Source of the DNA: Hyphomicrobium sp.
Lineage (GTDB): Bacteria > Pseudomonadota > Alphaproteobacteria > Rhizobiales > Hyphomicrobiaceae
NCBI GenBank assembly: GCA_035517115.1
Contig: DATIZL010000010.1
Coordinates: 9,070 to 73,069 of the forward strand
Direction: 5' to 3'
DNA length: 64,000 nucleotides
Shown here: positions 8,386 to 18,722 of the stretch, piece after piece
Position numbering within the stretch: the first letter of the stretch is position 1
How the letters are laid out: the number at the start of each line of letters is the position of its first letter
The notes under the pieces: generated by a model
Databases searched by the model: none
The model's input: the letters and a program-made list of their open reading frames with translations, nothing else
What the model was told of the DNA's origin: nothing
Position numbers and translations under genes: made by a program

Positions 8386-10814
8386 GGTTCACGCTGGCAT
8401 GGCTGAAGGATCACCTCGACACCAAGGCGTCGCTCGAGGAGATCACGGCCAAGCTCTCCGCCATCGGGCTCGAGGTCGAGGGCGTCGAGGACCCCGCGGC
8501 GAAGCTTTCCGCCTTCACCATCGCGCGCGTGCTCGACGCCAAGCAGCACCCCAACGCGGACCGCCTGCGCGTCGTGCAGGTGGAAATCGCCAAGGGCAAG
8601 CCGGCGGTCGAGGTCGTGTGCGGGGCGCCGAACGCGCGCGCCGGCATGGTCGCCGTGTTCGCGCCGCTCGGCACCTTCATCCCCGGTACCGGCATCACGC
8701 TCGAGAAGAAGCCCGTGCGCGGCATCGTCTCCAATGGCATGCTGGTGTCGGAGCGCGAGCTCGAGCTGTCGGACGCGCACGAGGGCATCATCGATCTGCC
8801 GGCCGAGATGGCAGGCAAGGTCGGCGAGCGCTACGTCGATGCGCTCGGCCTCGCCGATCCCGTCATCGAGGTGAAGCTGACGCCCAACCGCCCCGACTGC
8901 ACGGGCGTGCGCGGGATCGCGCGCGACCTCGCCGCCGCCGGTCTCGGCAAGCTCAAGCCCGAGCCCAAGCTCGGCAAGGTCGAAGGCACGTTCGACAGCC
9001 CCGTCGCCATCAAGCTCGAGTTCACCAAGGACACGGCCGATGCCTGTCCCGTGTTCGCCGGGCGCTACGTCAAGGGCGTGAAGAACGGCCCGTCGCCCGC
9101 GTGGCTGCAGAACCGGCTTAAGGCAGTCGGCCTGCGCCCCATCAACGCGCTTGTCGACGTGACGAACTACATCAGCCAGGACCGCGGTCGGCCCCTGCAC
9201 GTCTACGACGCCGACAAGCTGAAAGGCGCGGTGCGCGCGCGCCTCGGCAAGAGCGGCGAGAAATTCCTCGGTCTCGACGGCAAGGAGCACGTGGTCGACG
9301 ATACCATGTGCGTCATCGCCGACGACAATGGCCCGCTCGGGCTTGGCGGCATCATCGGCGGCGAAGCCTCGGGCTCGACCGAGGCCACCAAGAACGTCCT
9401 CATCGAATGCGCCTACTTCGATCCGCAGCGCACCGCCGCAACGGGACGCAAGACCGGGCCGATGACGGACGCGCGCTACCGCTTCGAGCGCGGCGTCGAT
9501 CCCGCCTCCGAGCTGCCGGGCCTCGACCTCGCCACCGATATGATCCTCAAGCTCACGGGCGGCGATCCGTCGAAGGCAAAGGTTGCCGGCAAACAGCCGG
9601 TTGCGAAGCGCACCATCCCTTTCGAGCTGTCGCGCGTCGAGAAGCTCACCGGCTTGAGGCTCAAGGACAGCGAGATCAAGGGCATCCTCGAGAAGCTCGG
9701 CTGTGAGCTGGAGGAGAAGGCCAGAGGCTTCAAGGTCACGGTGCCCACGTGGCGCCCCGATCTGCACGGCCCCTCCGATCTCGTCGAGGAGGTCGTGCGC
9801 ATCGCCGGCCTCGATCGTATACCAGCGACTCCGCTCCCGCGCGCGGACGGCGTCGCCCGCCCTGTTTTGACCGAGCGCCAGAAGCGCTCGCGCCGGGCGC
9901 GTCGCACGCTCGCTGCCCGCGGGCTCGTCGAGGCGGTGACCTGGTCGTTCATCGCGCGCGCCCACGCGAAGGTGTTCGGCGGGGGTGCGGACGCGCTCGA
10001 GCTCGCCAATCCCATCTCGTCCGAGATGTCGTCTATGCGGCCAAGCTTGCTTCCGGGCCTTCTCGACGCGGTCAAGCGCAACCGCAACCGCGGCTTTGCC
10101 GATGCGGCGCTGTTCGAGCTGGGGCAAGCCTACCGCGGCGAGGCGCCGGAGGATCAATTCTTGGCGGCGGCGGGCGTTCGCGCCGGAACCGCGAAGCTCA
10201 TCGGCAGCGGCCGCCATTGGGAGGGCGCCGCCGCCGAGGTCGACGCGTTCGATGCCAAGGCCGATGTTTTCGCCGCGCTCGGCGCGCTCGGCTTCGACCC
10301 CAACAAGGCGCAGATCACGCGCGACGTTCCGGCCTGGTACCACCCCGGGCGTTCCGGTGTGCTGCGGCTGGGACCCAAGGTCGTGCTCGCGCACTTCGGC
10401 GAGCTGCACCCGGCCACGCTGAAAGCGCTCGACGTGAGCGGTCCCGCCGTCGGCTTCGAGATCTTCCTCGACGCCCTGCCGGCGCAAAAGGCAAAGAGCC
10501 GGGCCAAGCCGCCGCTCGAGGCGGCGGACCTTTTGCCCGTGCACCGTGACTTCGCCTTCGTCCTCGACGCCTCCGTCGCGGCGGCCGATGTGGTGCGCGC
10601 CGCCCAAGGCGCCGACAAGGCACTGATCGAGGCCGTGTCGGTGTTCGACGTGTTCGAGGGCGGGGCGCTCGCCGGCGAGGGCAAGAAGTCGCTCGCCATC
10701 GAGGTGATCCTGCAACCCAAGACCGAGACGCTCACGGACAAGGACATCGAGGCGGTTGCGCAGAAGATCATCGCCGCGGTGAAGGCTGCGACCGGCGGCG
10801 AGATTCGCGGCTAG
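8382..10814 (+). CDS. pheT: Phenylalanine-tRNA ligase beta subunit
   Basis: [38 protein letters not shown]; ATGA overlap with the pheS stop. Confidence 0.97.
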   Translation: MRFTLAWLKDHLDTKASLEEITAKLSAIGLEVEGVEDPAAKLSAFTIARVLDAKQHPNADRLRVVQVEIAKGKPAVEVVCGAPNARAGMVAVFAPLGTFIPGTGITLEKKPVRGIVSNGMLVSERELELSDAHEGIIDLPAEMAGKVGERYVDALGLADPVIEVKLTPNRPDCTGVRGIARDLAAAGLGKLKPEPKLGKVEGTFDSPVAIKLEFTKDTADACPVFAGRYVKGVKNGPSPAWLQNRLKAVGLRPINALVDVTNYISQDRGRPLHVYDADKLKGAVRARLGKSGEKFLGLDGKEHVVDDTMCVIADDNGPLGLGGIIGGEASGSTEATKNVLIECAYFDPQRTAATGRKTGPMTDARYRFERGVDPASELPGLDLATDMILKLTGGDPSKAKVAGKQPVAKRTIPFELSRVEKLTGLRLKDSEIKGILEKLGCELEEKARGFKVTVPTWRPDLHGPSDLVEEVVRIAGLDRIPATPLPRADGVARPVLTERQKRSRRARRTLAARGLVEAVTWSFIARAHAKVFGGGADALELANPISSEMSSMRPSLLPGLLDAVKRNRNRGFADAALFELGQAYRGEAPEDQFLAAAGVRAGTAKLIGSGRHWEGAAAEVDAFDAKADVFAALGALGFDPNKAQITRDVPAWYHPGRSGVLRLGPKVVLAHFGELHPATLKALDVSGPAVGFEIFLDALPAQKAKSRAKPPLEAADLLPVHRDFAFVLDASVAAADVVRAAQGADKALIEAVSVFDVFEGGALAGEGKKSLAIEVILQPKTETLTDKDIEAVAQKIIAAVKAATGGEIRG

Positions 10815-10884
10815 CCGCGGCGTTAGAGAAATGTCAGGATTTGCACGTTTCCGTAGCGCCCGAGCGCCAATGGAGCCAACGCAA

Positions 10885-11040
10885 ATGGAAACGCACCACA
10901 AGCTCATCGTAGCCGGTTTCATCGCCTGCATGATCGCCGCGCTCGCCTACGTGTTCGTGTTCGCGGACATCTCCTTCGTCAAGCAGCCGGTCCAGGTCGA
11001 CGGGGCCGTCACTCCGCCGCCGGCGCCGCCTGCGCAGTAA
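10885..11040 (+). CDS. Small single-TM membrane protein
   Basis: METHHKLIVAGFIACMIAALAYVFVFADISF...; host-like codon usage; GGAG upstream; start could be 10870. Confidence 0.55.
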   Translation: METHHKLIVAGFIACMIAALAYVFVFADISFVKQPVQVDGAVTPPPAPPAQ

Positions 11041-11215
11041 CCGCCGCAGATTGCGCGCATTTCGCGCACTACCGCGGGCGTAATGCAAACCATAGCCATC
11101 TCGTATTCCTCTTTGCGCTAGCTATGTCGTGCGCAAGCCGCCGACGCCGCATCGCACTCAGATGTGCCCCGGTGCTATAAGCGGCCGCATTGCATTTAAG
11201 GAAAGGTGTCGCGCG

Positions 11216-12577
11216 ATGAACGAGATGAACCCAGCCACCGCAAAGGTGATGCCGATGGGCGCCGACAGCGGCCTCCCTCACATCATCGTCGTGGGCGGCG
11301 GTGCCGGGGGCCTCGAGCTCGCGACGCGGCTTGGCGACAAGCTCGGCAAGAGAGGCAATGCCAAGATCTCGCTGGTCGAGAAGTTCCGCACCCACATCTG
11401 GAAGCCGCTCCTGCACGAGATCGCCGCCGGCAGCATGGATGTCTCCCGCTACGAGCTGCCCTATCAGGCGCAGGGCTACTGGCACGGGTTCCAGTTCCGC
11501 TACGGCGAGATGACCGGCATCGACCGCAAGAAGCAGCTCGTGTTCCTCGCCGCCACCTACGACGAGGAAGGCCGCGAGATCACGCCCGTGCGCTCCTTCA
11601 AGTACGACACCCTGGTCATCGCCATCGGCTGCGTCGGCAACGCCTTCAACACGCCGGGCGTCAAGGAGCACGCCATCATGCTCGACACCCCGGAGGAGGC
11701 CGAGCGCTTCAACCGGCGGCTGATCAACGCCTGCGTGCGCGCGTTCGCTCAGGAAGGCCCCGTGCGTCCGGGCCAGCTCGACGTGGCCATCATCGGCGCG
11801 GGCGCCACCGGCACCGAGCTTGCCGCCGAGCTGCACCGCACCGCGCGCGGCCTCGTCGCCTACGGCCTCGACAAGATCAACCCCGAGCAGGACATCAAGA
11901 TCACGCTCATCGAGGGGGCGCCCCGCATCGTGCCGGCGCTGCCCGAGCGCATCTCCAAGGGCGTGGCCGAGGTCCTGCGCGGGCTCCACGTCGACATCAA
12001 GACCGGCTCGCGCGTGGTCGAGGTCACCGACAAGGGCGTCAAGCTGCAGAACGGCGAGTTCATCCCGTCCGAGCTCGTCGTGTGGGCGGCCGGCGTCAAG
12101 GGGCCGGACGTGCTCTCGCACCTCGACGGGCTCGAGGTGTCGAAGGACGGCCGGCTCGTCGTCACCGACACGCTGCAGACGACGCGCGACCCGAATATTT
12201 TCGCCTTCGGCGACTGCGCCTATCTGGTGCCGAAGGGCGAGACCGCGCCGATCCCACCGCGCGCGCAGGCCGCGCACCAGGAGGCCTCCCACCTCTACGT
12301 CGAGCTGCAGCAGCGCCTGAAGGGCGAGCCGCTGCAGCCCTTCCACTACCGCGACTTCGGCTCGCTCGTCTCGTTGGGCGAATATTCGACGGTCGGAAGC
12401 CTGATGGGCTTCATCGTCGGCAAGAGCTTCTTCATCGAGGGGCTGTTTGCGCGCCTCATGTATCGCTCGCTCTACAAGATGCACGAGATGGCGCTGCACG
12501 GACCGTTCAAAGTCATCCTCGACACGCTCTCGCGCGTGATCACGCGGCGCACCGAGCCGGTCGTGAAGCTACACTGA
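11216..12577 (+). CDS. ndh: Type II NADH:quinone oxidoreductase
   Basis: IIVVGGGAGG, WKPLLHEIAAG, IIGAGATGTELAAE, VWAAGVK, FAFGDCA, PPRAQAAHQ. Confidence 0.92.
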   Translation: MNEMNPATAKVMPMGADSGLPHIIVVGGGAGGLELATRLGDKLGKRGNAKISLVEKFRTHIWKPLLHEIAAGSMDVSRYELPYQAQGYWHGFQFRYGEMTGIDRKKQLVFLAATYDEEGREITPVRSFKYDTLVIAIGCVGNAFNTPGVKEHAIMLDTPEEAERFNRRLINACVRAFAQEGPVRPGQLDVAIIGAGATGTELAAELHRTARGLVAYGLDKINPEQDIKITLIEGAPRIVPALPERISKGVAEVLRGLHVDIKTGSRVVEVTDKGVKLQNGEFIPSELVVWAAGVKGPDVLSHLDGLEVSKDGRLVVTDTLQTTRDPNIFAFGDCAYLVPKGETAPIPPRAQAAHQEASHLYVELQQRLKGEPLQPFHYRDFGSLVSLGEYSTVGSLMGFIVGKSFFIEGLFARLMYRSLYKMHEMALHGPFKVILDTLSRVITRRTEPVVKLH

Positions 12578-12654
12578 GGCTTCCCTTAGGGGATAACTTT
12601 CGACCGTCGGCTCGACCGCCGGCACGCAGCGCGGCGAGCAGCTCCGGTGCCCAT

Positions 12655-12770
12655 CCCCTCGCCCCATCGCGTTTGCGATGGGGAGAGAGCTAGGGTGAGG
12701 GGCAGCCGCGGTTTGCGACACCAGTTCTGCCCCTCACCCCAACCCTCTCCCCGCACGCGGGGAGAGGGGG
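12655..12770. repeat. REP-like palindromic element, family C (CCCTCTCCCC...GGGAGAGGG / CCCTCACCCC)
   Basis: Paired hairpins CCCCTCGCCCC...GGGGAGAG, AGGGTGAGGGG...CCCCTCACCCC and CCCTCTCCCC...GGGGAGAGGGG between convergent genes. Confidence 0.8.
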
Positions 12771-12775
12771 GTTGA

Positions 12776-14194
12776 TCAACCCCCGCCGCGCACCGCCGCG
12801 AGCAGCTCCGGCGTCGGATAGGAATCCGCCGGCATCTTGAGCTTCATCTGCATGTCCTTCACCGCCGTGCGCGTCTTCTGCCCGGCGAGACCGTCGATCT
12901 TGCCGACGTCGTAGCCGCGCTTGGCGAGCAGCCCCTGCAGCTCCTGCGTCTGCAGGCGATCGAGACCCACGATGGGGCCGCGGCCGCGGCCCATCACCGG
13001 AGCGCCGTCGATGCGCGTGGCGAGATAGGCGGCCGTCGTCGCGTAGTTGAGCGACTGGTTCCACTGCGTGTAGACGTCGAAGTTCGGGTAGGCGAGGAAA
13101 GCCGGCCCGTTGCGCCCCATCGGCAGCAGCAGCGAGGCCGTGAGGTTCGACTTCGGCAGCGGGCTGCCGTCGACGCGGCGCACGCCCCAGGCCGACCACT
13201 TGTCGAGCGGGTGCTTGATGAGCAGGTCCGCCTCCTGCCAGGGAAGGTCGGCCGTCAGCCGCACCTCCTCGAGCCACGGCTCCCCGGCGCGCCAGCCGAG
13301 ATTGTGCATGTAGTTCGCGGTCGAGCCGATGACGTCGGCGTCGCTGCGGAACAGGTCGGGGTGGCCGCTGCCGTCGTAGTCGATGGCGTAGTCCAAATAG
13401 CGCGTGGGCAAAAATTGCGTCTGGCCTATCTCGCCGGCCCACGATCCGATCATCTCCGATGGGCTCATGTCGCCGCGGTCGATGATCTGCAGCGCCGCCA
13501 TGAGCTCGTCGTTGAACATCTCGGTGCGCCGGCAGTCGTAGGCGAGCGTGACCAGCGCGGGCATGATGGGGAACTTGCCCATGCCGGCGCCGAAGTCGCT
13601 CTCGAGCGCCCAGAAACCGGTGATCACCGAGGCGGGCACGCCGAAGTCCTTCTGCACGCGGTCGAAGGTCGCCTTGTTCTCGGCGACCTTGCGCCGGCTG
13701 CTCTGCACGCGGTTGGGGGTGGCGAGCTTGGCCTGGAAGTCGAGGAAGGTCTGCGCAAAGAAGCTCTGCTGGCGATCGCGTGCGATGACGCTCGAATTGA
13801 GCGTCTGGCCGCCGAGCGCGGCCGCAATCGTCCGCTGGCTGATGCCCTGCGCGGCGGCCTTGCGCCTGAAGGCATCGAGCCAAGTCGCGAAGTTGCCGGT
13901 GTTCTTGCAGTTCTCGTGCGGCGGCGGTGGGAGCGGGCGCTTGGGCGGATGCGTGCCGACGTCCCCCGCCGTGGTTTGCGCGGACGGCGCCGCCGGAGCG
14001 GGAGTCGCGGCGGGAGGCGCTGTTGCATCGGGTGACGGCGCGACGGGCGCCACCGGTGCCTTAGGGGCAGCTTTGGCCTTCTTGGTCTTCTTCACCGGGG
14101 GCGGCGTGTCGGTGACCTGGGCTCCCGCCGGACCGACCGCCGCAGTTGCGATCAGCAGTGCGGCCATCGCCGCGCAAAGCTTCAAAGCGTGCAT
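12776..14194 (-). CDS. Lytic murein transglycosylase (MltB-like SLT_2 plus peptidoglycan-binding domain)
   Basis: WALESDFG catalytic Glu, GSWAGEIGQTQFLP, STANY, WNQSLNY, C-terminal GYDVGKIDG..G.KTR.AV. Confidence 0.9.
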   Translation of the reverse strand: MHALKLCAAMAALLIATAAVGPAGAQVTDTPPPVKKTKKAKAAPKAPVAPVAPSPDATAPPAATPAPAAPSAQTTAGDVGTHPPKRPLPPPPHENCKNTGNFATWLDAFRRKAAAQGISQRTIAAALGGQTLNSSVIARDRQQSFFAQTFLDFQAKLATPNRVQSSRRKVAENKATFDRVQKDFGVPASVITGFWALESDFGAGMGKFPIMPALVTLAYDCRRTEMFNDELMAALQIIDRGDMSPSEMIGSWAGEIGQTQFLPTRYLDYAIDYDGSGHPDLFRSDADVIGSTANYMHNLGWRAGEPWLEEVRLTADLPWQEADLLIKHPLDKWSAWGVRRVDGSPLPKSNLTASLLLPMGRNGPAFLAYPNFDVYTQWNQSLNYATTAAYLATRIDGAPVMGRGRGPIVGLDRLQTQELQGLLAKRGYDVGKIDGLAGQKTRTAVKDMQMKLKMPADSYPTPELLAAVRGGG

Positions 14195-14376
14195 CGCCGT
14201 TCCTTCGGCTCATTGGCCTCAAATTGCCGGGAAACTCATGCCTGTCGATGTGGCCGCGTCAAGACAAAGGCTTAAGGGTGCGCTGCTTCGCGCAACAAAG
14301 GCCCAAGTATTATGGCGATTCCGCGCGCTCCGGGAATAAGTGCGCGAAGCCGGTTGGAAGCGCTCGAGAAGATTCT

Positions 14377-15333
14377 CTAGGCACTGCCGATCAGGATGCC
14401 GGCGGCGAACACGATGAGGCCGCCCACCACCACCTCGAAGGCCGCGCGCAGGAAGCGGGTGTCCATGTAGCGCGAGCGGATCCACGCGATCGCCCACAGC
14501 TCGATCAGCACCACGGAAACGGCGATGCCGGTCGCCACGCGGAAGTTGGAGATGAGGTAGGGCAGCGTGTGCCCAATGCCGCCGACCGAGGTCATGAGTC
14601 CGGTGACGCCGCCGCGCAGCCACGGGTGACCGCGCCCGGTGAGCGTGCCGTCATCGGAGAGCGCCTCGGCGAACCCCATCGAGATGCCGGCGCCGACCGA
14701 GGCAGCGAGCCCGACGAGGAACGTCTGCCACGTGTTCATCGTCGCGAACGCCGCGGCAAACAGCGGCGCCAACGTCGACACCGAGCCGTCCATCAGGCCC
14801 GCGAGCCCCGGCTGCACGATCTGCAGCACGAACATGCGCCGCTGCACCTCCGCTTCGGAGGCGCGCGATTCGCGGGTTAAGTGCTTCTCGCCGAGCTTCT
14901 GCGCCAAGCTCTCGTGGCCTGCTTCGGCGGCGGCGAGATCGCCCAAGAGCTTGCGCACGCCGGCGTCGGTGGCGCGCTCGGCCGCGCGCTCGTAGAACTG
15001 CCGCGTCTCGAACTCGCGCTCCTCCGCCTGGTGGCGCACCTTGTCGAGCCCCAACGGCCGCACCATCCAGATCGGCTTGTGCTGCACGAAGCCGCGCACG
15101 TCCTGGCGGCGGATCAGGGGAATGTGCTCGCCGAAGCGGGCCCGATAGAGCTCGATCAGCCGGCGGCGGTGCTCGTTCTCCTCGGCCGCCATGTCGGTGA
15201 AGACCTTGGCGGAGGCGGGATAGTGCTCGGCGAGGCCGTGCGCGTACTCGAGGTAGACGCGGGCGTCCTCCTCCTCGAGCGAGACGGCGAGCGCGAGAAT
15301 CTCTTGCTCGCTCAAATCCGCGAAGTTGCGCAC
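14377..15333 (-). CDS. mbfA: Iron exporter MbfA (ferritin-like domain plus VIT1/CCC1 membrane domain)
   Basis: EQEILALAVSLEEED, EENEHRRRL, VQPGLAGLMDGSVSTLAP, GAGISMGFAEALSDDG; GTG start after AGGGGG. Confidence 0.92.
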   Translation of the reverse strand: MRNFADLSEQEILALAVSLEEEDARVYLEYAHGLAEHYPASAKVFTDMAAEENEHRRRLIELYRARFGEHIPLIRRQDVRGFVQHKPIWMVRPLGLDKVRHQAEEREFETRQFYERAAERATDAGVRKLLGDLAAAEAGHESLAQKLGEKHLTRESRASEAEVQRRMFVLQIVQPGLAGLMDGSVSTLAPLFAAAFATMNTWQTFLVGLAASVGAGISMGFAEALSDDGTLTGRGHPWLRGGVTGLMTSVGGIGHTLPYLISNFRVATGIAVSVVLIELWAIAWIRSRYMDTRFLRAAFEVVVGGLIVFAAGILIGSA

Positions 15334-15362
15334 GCGTGCCCCCTTTCTGTTGGCTCTCCTTC

Positions 15363-15379
15363 TTTAGAATAATTCTAAA
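15363..15379. promoter_or_regulatory. Irr-binding iron control element (ICE)
   Basis: TTTAGAA-TAA-TTCTAAA matches the ICE consensus TTTAGAA-N3-TTCTAAA exactly, 30 nt upstream of mbfA, a known Irr target in rhizobia. Confidence 0.85.
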
Positions 15380-15536
15380 TGCTGACTTGGCAAGCCGCGC
15401 CGCTCTACCCGTTGTCATCCCGGATGCCGTCATGGCGGAGCGTCATGGCGAAGCCATGCTCCGCCTGGACCTCCCCTGGACCTTCGCATGCACGCGCCAG
15501 CGGAGGCTATCCGGAGCCAGCACCCGCGCTCTGCCT

Positions 15537-15674
15537 TGTCATCCTCGGATTTAGTCCGAGGATCCAGCTCTCCGTTGGCGCCCTGCGGGTGACGGCGTGG
15601 CGAGCGTCGCAACCTTCACTCCCTGTAGGCAGACCGTTGAGCCGTGGGCCCTCGGGACAAGCCCGAGGGTGACA
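15537..15674. repeat. REP-like element, family A
   Basis: TGTCATCCTCGGATTTAGTCCGAGGATCC...GGGCCCTCGGGACAAGCCCGAGGGTGACA. Confidence 0.85.
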
Positions 15675-15701
15675 TCTGAGCAAGCGTCCGCCGCCGACCG
15701 T

Positions 15702-15821
15702 CCCCTCTCCCCGGTGGGGAGAGGGTTAGGGTGTGGGGGGACCACCCCTGAAAGCGAAGCGCCCCACACCCGGCTGTCGCGCTCAACGCGCGTCCAGCCG
15801 ACCTCTCCCTTTGGGAGAGGT
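15702..15821. repeat. REP-like element, family C
   Basis: CCCCTCTCCCCGGTGGGGAGAGGGTTAGGGTGTGGGG...ACCTCTCCCTTTGGGAGAGGT. Confidence 0.8.
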
Positions 15822-16347
15822 GAGTCACGGCTCCGCCGCCTCGCGGGCATAACCCCGAGGTTTCAAAGAGCGAGGGAGCGCGGGCGCCGAGCGGCCGCCA
15901 TCCGATTTTTAATCCGGCAGCCTTTCGGCGCCCGCGGCGGTGTTCTATGCAGGCCGAGGGCGCGATACACATACGCGAAGCGAGCCTCTGGTCCCACCCG
16001 GCTGCTCAGAGTCCGGGCTCTCGTCGTTCGCGGGACCATCGGGCGGCTGCGCTTGCCAACCCGGAATTCGAGTTGGGGCGCCGCTCGCGACGGGCTGCCG
16101 TGCGTTCCGTGGAGGTGCACAGCCTCGAGTCACCTGCCCCGGCCCTCTGAGGGAGCGAACCTCGCGACGGCGCTGCGAACGGGCAACGCCGCCTCGAGCC
16201 GGGCACCGGCCCTGCCCCGCGTCGGCCGCTCAGCTGATGCGTCCCATGACGGGCAGGGTTGCGATCATGATACGCGCGTCGCGGAGCGCGGGGATTAGTT
16301 TCGTGCGAGTAAGCTCGCTCGCCCGGCATGACACCAAAGGGAGACGC

Positions 16348-16620
16348 TCATTGGCAGGTCTGCTCGAGCCGCCATCCGGTGACGCGGCAGCGCTCGCGGC
16401 CCTGCGCGTCGGTAGCGCACGTGCGGTTGGGGTAGCGCTTGTAGGAGCAGTAGTAGTCGGGGAACAGGAACCCTTCGTAGCCGCGCACGGGCCCCTTGGT
16501 CTCGTAGGTTTCCGAGTAGTAGGGCTTGACGTAGCGGGCTTGCGCTCCGCCGGCTGCGAGGAGGGGAACGGCAAGGGCAAGCGCGGCGAGAACCGCTGCG
16601 CCGTGGGTCGATGCGATCAT
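16348..16620 (-). CDS. Small secreted hypothetical protein with four Cys
   Basis: GGAGG SD; signal peptide ending AQA; mature region Tyr-rich with four Cys. Confidence 0.7.
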   Translation of the reverse strand: MIASTHGAAVLAALALAVPLLAAGGAQARYVKPYYSETYETKGPVRGYEGFLFPDYYCSYKRYPNRTCATDAQGRERCRVTGWRLEQTCQ

Positions 16621-16898
16621 AGGGGGCCTCCTTCCACGCGATGGCTGCCAGCGGCTGCTGGGTGAGCCGCAGCGGCGCTGCTCATTAAATAGGCGGCGAA
16701 ACCGGCATTTAAACTGGCGCACCGCTGCGCACCCCAGCCGCGCACCCCATTTGTAGGCGCGCCGTGGAACGTCAAAACTCGCTCGGACATTTCAACGCCA
16801 GCACCCCTCTTGAAAGAGACGATTAACGCGGGGCCGCCAAAGCTCCCATTCGCCGATCGGTGATCGTCTCCCTTCCGCTGTCGAGAACGAGGAAAGCC

Positions 16899-18659
16899 AT
16901 GCCTAAGCGCGTTGCGATTGCCCACGGTGGCCTGTTCGCGGTGGCGGCGCTGTTTGCTGCGGGAGGCGCCGATGCCGGACCCGCCGCGGCGGCAGAGGCG
17001 ACGACGTGCCAGCAGGCCGACACCGGCATTACCCTTCCCGAGGGGTTCTGCGCCACGATCTTCGCCGACGGCATCGGGCATGCGCGCCAGCTCGTCGTCG
17101 CACCCGACGGCACGGTCTACGTCAACACGTGGAGCGGCGTGTACTACAACAACGACAAGCCGCCAGCGGGCGGCTTCCTCGTCGCGCTCAAGGACAGCAA
17201 AGGCACCGGCAAGGCGGACCAAGTCGTGCGCTTCGGCGAGACGGCCGCCGAGGGCGGGCACGGCGGCACCGGCATCGCCCTCTACAAGGATGGCCTCTAC
17301 GCCGAGATCAACGATCGCATCGTGCGCTACGCGCTAAAGGACGGCGAGCTGGCGCCCTCCGCGAAGCCGGAGACGATCTTGCGCGGCATGCCCGTCACCG
17401 GCGACCACCCCATGCATCCCTTCGCCATCGACGCCGACGGCAACCTGCTCGTGTCCATGGGCTCGGCGACCAACACGTGCGAGGTCAAGAACCGCATGCC
17501 GCATTCGCCGGGCAACGACCCGTGCACGGAGCTCGAGACGCGCGCGGGCATCTGGCGCTACGACGCGAACAAGCGCGACCAGGTGTTCTCGCCGAAGGAG
17601 CGCTACGCCTCCGGCATCCGCAACGGCGAGGGCTTCGATTTCGATGCCGCGGGCCGGCTCTTCGTCACCCAGCACGGCCGCGACCAGTTGCACGAGAACT
17701 GGCCCGAGCTCTATAGCGCCGAGCAGGGCTTCGAGCTTCCCGCCGAGCAGGTGATGATCTTGAAGCAGGGCGCGTGGTACGGCTGGCCCAAGTGCTATTT
17801 CGACCCGAAACAGATGAAGCTCGTGCAGGGCCCCGAGTACGGCGGCGATGGCGGCAAGAAGACCGACGCATGCAAAGAGGCAGAGCCGCCCGTCGCGGCA
17901 TTTCCGGCGCACTGGGCTCCCAACGACCTCAAGATCTACAAGGGCACGCAATTTCCGGCGGCTTACCGCGGCGGCGCCTTCATCGCCTTCCACGGCTCCT
18001 GGAACCGCGCGCCCGGTCCGCAAGGCGGCTACAACGTCGTCTTTCAACCGTTCGCCGACGGCAAGCCGTCGGGCGGCTACGTCGTGTTCGCGGACGGATT
18101 TGCGGGCGCCCACAAAGATCCCGGACGCGCGGCGCACCGGCCGTCGGGCCTGGCGGTCGGCCCCGACGGCGCGCTTTACGTGAGCGACGACATGGCGGGC
18201 CGCATCTGGCGCATCACCTACATGGGCGATGGCGCCGAGAAGGGGATCGAGGCGGCGCCGAAATCGAGCCCGCACGCCGAGGCCTCGCCCGAGGTTCCTC
18301 CCCCGGAGGGCATTCATCCCGATGCCGGCGCCAAGCTAGCGCCGCCGCCCGGCGCGACGCAGGCGCAAGTCGAGCTTGGCGAGAAAATCTTCAGCGGCGA
18401 GGCCGCCGGCGCGACGTGCGCTGGGTGTCACGGTGCGGGCGGCATCGGCACCCCGGTCGGCCCCGATCTGACCGCGGGCAAATGGCTGTGGGGGGACGGC
18501 AGCCTCAAGACCCTGGCCGCCACCATCAAGAGCGGCGTGCCCGAGCCGAAGCAGCATCCCGGCGCCATGCCTCCCATGGGCGGCGTGACACTGACGGAGG
18601 CGGAGCTCAACGCGGTCGCGGCCTACGTCTGGGCCCTCGGGCATCGCAAGGGGGAGTGA
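16899..18659 (+). CDS. PQQ-dependent sugar/sorbosone dehydrogenase family beta-propeller fused to a C-terminal c-type cytochrome
   Basis: GIRNGEGF, YGWP.CY, AHWAP, AFHGSWNR, RPSGLAVGPDGALYVSDD; C-terminal CAGCH heme motif and GAMPPMGG axial Met; signal peptide. Confidence 0.85.
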   Translation: MPKRVAIAHGGLFAVAALFAAGGADAGPAAAAEATTCQQADTGITLPEGFCATIFADGIGHARQLVVAPDGTVYVNTWSGVYYNNDKPPAGGFLVALKDSKGTGKADQVVRFGETAAEGGHGGTGIALYKDGLYAEINDRIVRYALKDGELAPSAKPETILRGMPVTGDHPMHPFAIDADGNLLVSMGSATNTCEVKNRMPHSPGNDPCTELETRAGIWRYDANKRDQVFSPKERYASGIRNGEGFDFDAAGRLFVTQHGRDQLHENWPELYSAEQGFELPAEQVMILKQGAWYGWPKCYFDPKQMKLVQGPEYGGDGGKKTDACKEAEPPVAAFPAHWAPNDLKIYKGTQFPAAYRGGAFIAFHGSWNRAPGPQGGYNVVFQPFADGKPSGGYVVFADGFAGAHKDPGRAAHRPSGLAVGPDGALYVSDDMAGRIWRITYMGDGAEKGIEAAPKSSPHAEASPEVPPPEGIHPDAGAKLAPPPGATQAQVELGEKIFSGEAAGATCAGCHGAGGIGTPVGPDLTAGKWLWGDGSLKTLAATIKSGVPEPKQHPGAMPPMGGVTLTEAELNAVAAYVWALGHRKGE

Positions 18660-18722
18660 GGGCGCGGCCCTGCTTCCCTGCGCCCCTTTCTCCCCCCGGT
18701 GGCGCCTGCTATCTAGCGCGCC

